A stretch of DNA of 48,530 nt from a virus. Taxonomy: Duplodnaviria > Caudoviricetes. The notes below the pieces were generated by a model. It was not told the DNA's origin and ran no database searches. It saw nothing but the letters and a program-made list of their open reading frames with translations. How positions within the stretch are numbered: the stretch's first letter is position 1; each line of letters begins with the position of its first letter. The translations under genes were made by a program, and so were the position numbers. Shown in pieces: positions 45,109-48,530 of this stretch. The DNA is taken from the IMG/VR virus record IMGVR_UViG_3300044472_000066, positions 1 to 48,530 of that record; one strand, written 5' to 3'.

Positions 45109-45836
45109 AAATGAAGGTGCTTTTTGATCCAAGGATATTTTCGTTGAGTGGCAGAGTTCCACGGCGGCTTGACGCCATTGGTGAAAACGATCCGCGCCGG
45201 CGGCGCGTGCGTCGAAAAAGGCGGGGTCCAGTTGATCTTGAGCAGCTCGGCGCTGCGCCATAGTCCAATGCTCGGTTTCGGATCGGACCTGTTCGCCAGA
45301 CAATAAGATATCCATCCCTGGTCAGAGCCGAGAAACCCGGCGCGAAAAGCCCGTGAGGGAGAGTACGCCGGGGAGAACTCTTCCCAGATCCATGGGATCG
45401 AGCCTGTACGCAAGAGATAGATACCGCCGGCGACCTTATTTTTTTCAAAGCGGCGGTCCGACCAGCCGACGAAATCCTCGGCTCGGTCAAGAAGCGGGAC
45501 CAGGTCGCTGAGGATGATGAGGTCGATATCGATCTGACAAATTCGCTCTCCAAGGATGATCGCCTCGCGCGAAAAATTCCACAGCCGAGAGTAACAGTTG
45601 GGGAAACGCGCGCCGCGCGGATTCTCGATTTGCGCCGCGGCCTGGTGCGCCGCCTCGGGGATCTTCATCGCTTCGATCTTGGCATCAAGCCCATCGCTCT
45701 TATCGGTGATGCAGATCAGCCGAAAAGATTTCTTATAGTGCCGCGCGATCATCGCCCGCAAAAGGTTCACGTGCTCGGAAGAAAAAACCCGCGCCGTCCC
45801 TGCCACGCGCCATTTCCAGCAGACAAAAGAGATCAC
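45105..45836 (-). CDS. glycosyltransferase-like protein (GT-A/GT8-like)
   Basis: VCWKW..EHVNLL..ICITD, QIDIDLII (DxD), GSDQGW, FTNGVKPPW. Confidence 0.78.
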   Translation of the reverse strand: MISFVCWKWRVAGTARVFSSEHVNLLRAMIARHYKKSFRLICITDKSDGLDAKIEAMKIPEAAHQAAAQIENPRGARFPNCYSRLWNFSREAIILGERICQIDIDLIILSDLVPLLDRAEDFVGWSDRRFEKNKVAGGIYLLRTGSIPWIWEEFSPAYSPSRAFRAGFLGSDQGWISYCLANRSDPKPSIGLWRSAELLKINWTPPFSTHAPPARIVFTNGVKPPWNSATQRKYPWIKKHLHL

Positions 45837-46030
45837 TTTTGCCTCGCCGGCTTTTCTATTACGAGGTCTTCAACCAAAATGGTCAGCGTCAAAGATTTCG
45901 GTCCCGGAAACCGATGGTCGAAAGAATAGTCTCGAAGACCTTTTATCTCGAGACCATCAAGGAAAATCTGGGTGGGTCCGGTTAGGGTAGGTTTGCTGAT
46001 AATGCGCACGATATGAAATAGATCGCTCAT
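45833..46030 (-). CDS. hypothetical protein
   Basis: TQIFLDGLEIKG; coupled to both neighbours. Confidence 0.55.
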   Translation of the reverse strand: MSDLFHIVRIISKPTLTGPTQIFLDGLEIKGLRDYSFDHRFPGPKSLTLTILVEDLVIEKPARQK

Positions 46031-47928
46031 CCTCCGAACCTAAATCTAACTTTTCGCCCGCCGAGACTCGGATCTGGCGGAGGCTTGGATCTTGGATCGT
46101 CGTTTCGTATTTCGGACTTCGGATTTCGAGCTTCCGCGCCTTCGGCCGGCGAGGCGACGCTTCTCGCCAAGATTTCCCATGGGACTTGGTGCGAATAAAG
46201 TGCCGCGAGCGCATAGACCCTCACGTCGAGCGCCTCATTGCGCGCACCAGGCGGCTTGTGCCACTCGCGGACAGGGTGTCCCTTGATGTAGCGCGTCCGT
46301 ACTTGCTCGGACGTGAGCTGTTTGAAAAAGGCTTCATCATAGTCGCTCGAAAAATGGCAAAAACCGGGGCCGGGCTCGGTGATGCGCAGGCGGGCATAGA
46401 TCGCGTCCTTGGCTGTATCGACGCCGACAAGCCAGATCAGCGAGCCGGCATGCTTCTTCGATCTACCGGCTCGCTTGGGCCAGATCGGCCTGGCGCCGTT
46501 GGCGCCTTTAATCGCGTAAACATGGCGGCCGATGCGCGTGTTACAGAACTTGTAGACCTGCTGCGTATGGTGTCCGCCGGAGTCGATGCAGGCCGAGGAG
46601 ATGCGGAGTTGGCGGCCGTCCTCGGTCTTATAAAAGCCTCTGAGAAATTCGTCCAGCTCGCTCCAAAGCTCAGCCTTAGCCGGATCGCCGTAAAATAACT
46701 TGTGCTCGATGCCCCAGCTCTCTTCTGGATCGGCGCGTTTTTCGGAGCGCCAGCCGACGACCTCGATCTCGATCCGGTCGTCCTGCACATCGACGCCGGC
46801 AGTCAGGTAAAGAATCGGCCAGGGCAGCGCTGCGGGGGAATAATTTTCCCGCCGGGAGAGTAGCGGCGCTGCGGCGACCGTCTCGGCTTTTTCTTCCCAT
46901 GTGCGGCCGAGGCTGGTGTTGACGAACGCCTTGAGGGGTTCGTTGTCGCCCATATCCGCGGCGTGCTTGGCCTTCAAAAAACCTTCGACCATGTCGGCGA
47001 GGCGCGACCACGGAGAATAGGCCTCCCAGATGTGAAACCCGGCGACGCCATTGAACGGTGCCTCGGCGATCCAGCGGCCAAGCATCACGGCTTCGTGGCG
47101 CTGGGGATCAGTCCAGGCAGCGCCGCAAAGCGCGCAGACATAGACGGCCGTCTCGGGCCGGCCTGGCTCCCAGCGAACATATTCCCACTCGAGTTTTTGA
47201 AAGGCGCCGCAGGCATGACAGGGCACATGGTAAAAACGCTTGTCGGAGGCCTCGAACCAGCTCTCAATGCGTGAGAGACCTTTGATCGTCGGCGAGCTCA
47301 CGTAGATCTTTTTCCGGTTCCAGAAAGTAGTAGCGCGCTTGCTTGCGAGACTTAGCGGATCGCCCTCGGCGCCAGCACTCACCGGATATCGGTCGACCTC
47401 ATCGCAGAGGACAATTCGGACAGGTCGAGACGCCAGGCCGGCGGGCGAATTGGCGCCGCCGAGAGTGATATGCCCGCCGACGAACTTTTTATGCAGCAAA
47501 GTATTCGAGCCGTCCTTGGAACGAGGCTCGCGGACAATCTCGGAGAGCACTGGCGTGTCGCGGATCATCGGCGCCAGGCGGTCCTTGCTGTAGGATTCCG
47601 CGATATCCAGAGTCGGCTCGATGCAGAGCATCGGGCAGGGATCTTGGTGCGTGTGATAGCCGATGATGTTAAGAATCGTTTCCGTCTTCCCGACCTGGCT
47701 GGAGCTCATCAGAACGATCGTCTCCGCGTCGGGATCGCTTACGGCGTCCATGGGCTCGCGCAGGTAGGGCGTCCGCGCGGTTTGCCACTTGCCGGGCTCG
47801 GCGGCGCTTTCCGGACTTAGATAGCGGAACCGATCGGCCCATTCGCTGACCGTGAGCTTTGGCGGCGGCATGAAGCCGCGCATAATACTTGTCCACCAAG
47901 CCTCGGAACTCTGGAGAGAGTCGCTCAT
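46027..47928 (-). CDS. terL: terminase large subunit (lambda GpA family)
   Basis: TPYLREPMD, SSQVGKT (Walker A), VLCDEVD (Walker B), SSPT, AGVDVQDDR, RNEALD. Confidence 0.95.
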   Translation of the reverse strand: MSDSLQSSEAWWTSIMRGFMPPPKLTVSEWADRFRYLSPESAAEPGKWQTARTPYLREPMDAVSDPDAETIVLMSSSQVGKTETILNIIGYHTHQDPCPMLCIEPTLDIAESYSKDRLAPMIRDTPVLSEIVREPRSKDGSNTLLHKKFVGGHITLGGANSPAGLASRPVRIVLCDEVDRYPVSAGAEGDPLSLASKRATTFWNRKKIYVSSPTIKGLSRIESWFEASDKRFYHVPCHACGAFQKLEWEYVRWEPGRPETAVYVCALCGAAWTDPQRHEAVMLGRWIAEAPFNGVAGFHIWEAYSPWSRLADMVEGFLKAKHAADMGDNEPLKAFVNTSLGRTWEEKAETVAAAPLLSRRENYSPAALPWPILYLTAGVDVQDDRIEIEVVGWRSEKRADPEESWGIEHKLFYGDPAKAELWSELDEFLRGFYKTEDGRQLRISSACIDSGGHHTQQVYKFCNTRIGRHVYAIKGANGARPIWPKRAGRSKKHAGSLIWLVGVDTAKDAIYARLRITEPGPGFCHFSSDYDEAFFKQLTSEQVRTRYIKGHPVREWHKPPGARNEALDVRVYALAALYSHQVPWEILARSVASPAEGAEARNPKSEIRNDDPRSKPPPDPSLGGRKVRFRFGG

Positions 47929-48343
47929 GGCTGAGCTCGACAAGTAATTCGCGGCCGAGAGACTCGACGACCTCGATTTGGCGCGGCGTGAAGCTCTCTT
48001 CGAGCGAGCGGCAGCGCGAGGGATAGGAAAGGATTTTAGTTTTGATGGCATTGATGAGCGGAATAAAAATTTTCTCCGCGACCGCGGTCAGCGGCGCAAG
48101 CTCGCCGCGCTTGACCGCCAGATCTATTTCCATTTTTTCCGATTGCCGGGCCGCCAGACGGGTCCGTTCTTCGGCGAGGGGACCGCGCCGGCCTGCCGCG
48201 CAGTCGCACATATAAGTCCAAGCCTCGCGCCGCCATTGATCCAGGTCGCCGCCCGGCGTGAGAATTCCTTTTTTAAACAGTTGAGCGATGGAGGGTTGGG
48301 TTGCGCCAAGATGCTGGGCGAGTTCTTCCTGCGTGGCTCCCAC
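47669..48343 (-). CDS. terS: terminase small subunit (gpNu1-like), GTG start; 3' end overlaps terL
   Basis: ATQEELAQHLGATQPSIAQL HTH, EERTRLAARQSEKMEI..KRGEL coiled coil. Confidence 0.85.
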   Translation of the reverse strand: MGATQEELAQHLGATQPSIAQLFKKGILTPGGDLDQWRREAWTYMCDCAAGRRGPLAEERTRLAARQSEKMEIDLAVKRGELAPLTAVAEKIFIPLINAIKTKILSYPSRCRSLEESFTPRQIEVVESLGRELLVELSHERLSPEFRGLVDKYYARLHAAAKAHGQRMGRSVPLSKSGKRRRARQVANRADALPARAHGRRKRSRRGDDRSDELQPGREDGNDS

Positions 48344-48530
48344 AGCGAAATATAGTGCCCCTAGAAGCCACCTAGAATCTGGAAAAATTTCGCGCTGCGT
48401 AGCATCCGCGTTCTCCAAACTCCGGAGGGTCCCCGTTCCAGTATCTTCGACTTCAAGCCAAGATGCGGCCGGCAAAAACGACGAAATAAATGCATCAATC
48501 TGATTCTGCCCTCAAGCTCCATTCGATCCT
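48277..48530. repeat. Terminal overlap, right copy (contains the predicted cos 48395-48433; 12-mer GATGCTACGCAG on the - strand)
   Basis: Identical to 1-254 except one base. Confidence 0.95.

Noticed and set aside
48344-48475. N-terminal extension of TerS sharing WLEVEDTGTGTLRSLENAD with the initiator as a shared protein domain
   Set aside because: The extension runs through the cos region and the real start is more likely GTG 48343; the shared peptide is a by-product of the DNA duplication.
48277-48530. Biological direct terminal repeat (T7-like)
   Set aside because: It interrupts terS, its length fits a k-mer overlap around one mismatch, and the GpA terminase with a cos-like site predicts cohesive ends.

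Overview
The window is a complete, circularly assembled temperate siphovirus-like phage genome of 48,276 bp unique length; bases 1-254 recur at 48277-48530 with one mismatch. Almost all genes lie on the - strand. Read in that direction the order is: lambda-type cos site, small and large (GpA-type) terminase, a glycosyltransferase/methyltransferase cluster, gpW, lambda-type portal, ClpP-like protease/scaffold, decoration protein, major capsid E and another glycosyltransferase. The tail follows (gpZ-like, terminator, tube, frameshifting chaperone, tape measure, GTA-like Dit/hub/NlpC/megatron tip, many fibre and accessory proteins), then a SleB-type endolysin, a cI/cro switch, replication genes and a tyrosine integrase containing attP (the 3' end of tRNA-fMet). 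The most notable observations are: (1) four, possibly five, matching sigma70 promoter + two-hairpin leader + terminator modules in front of late gene blocks, with no recognisable Q gene, suggesting an undescribed attenuation/antitermination circuit; (2) five glycosyltransferase-like genes plus an FkbM methyltransferase among the morphogenesis genes, suggesting virion glycosylation; (3) the 54 bp that abut the predicted cos nick are inserted in frame into the replication initiator gene, flanked by a 9-bp duplication; (4) attP inside int, which would change the Int C-terminus on integration; (5) a split tail hub protein with a beta-helix enzyme inserted; (6) dispersed heptamer microrepeats. All family assignments come from motif recognition by eye, not from database searches.
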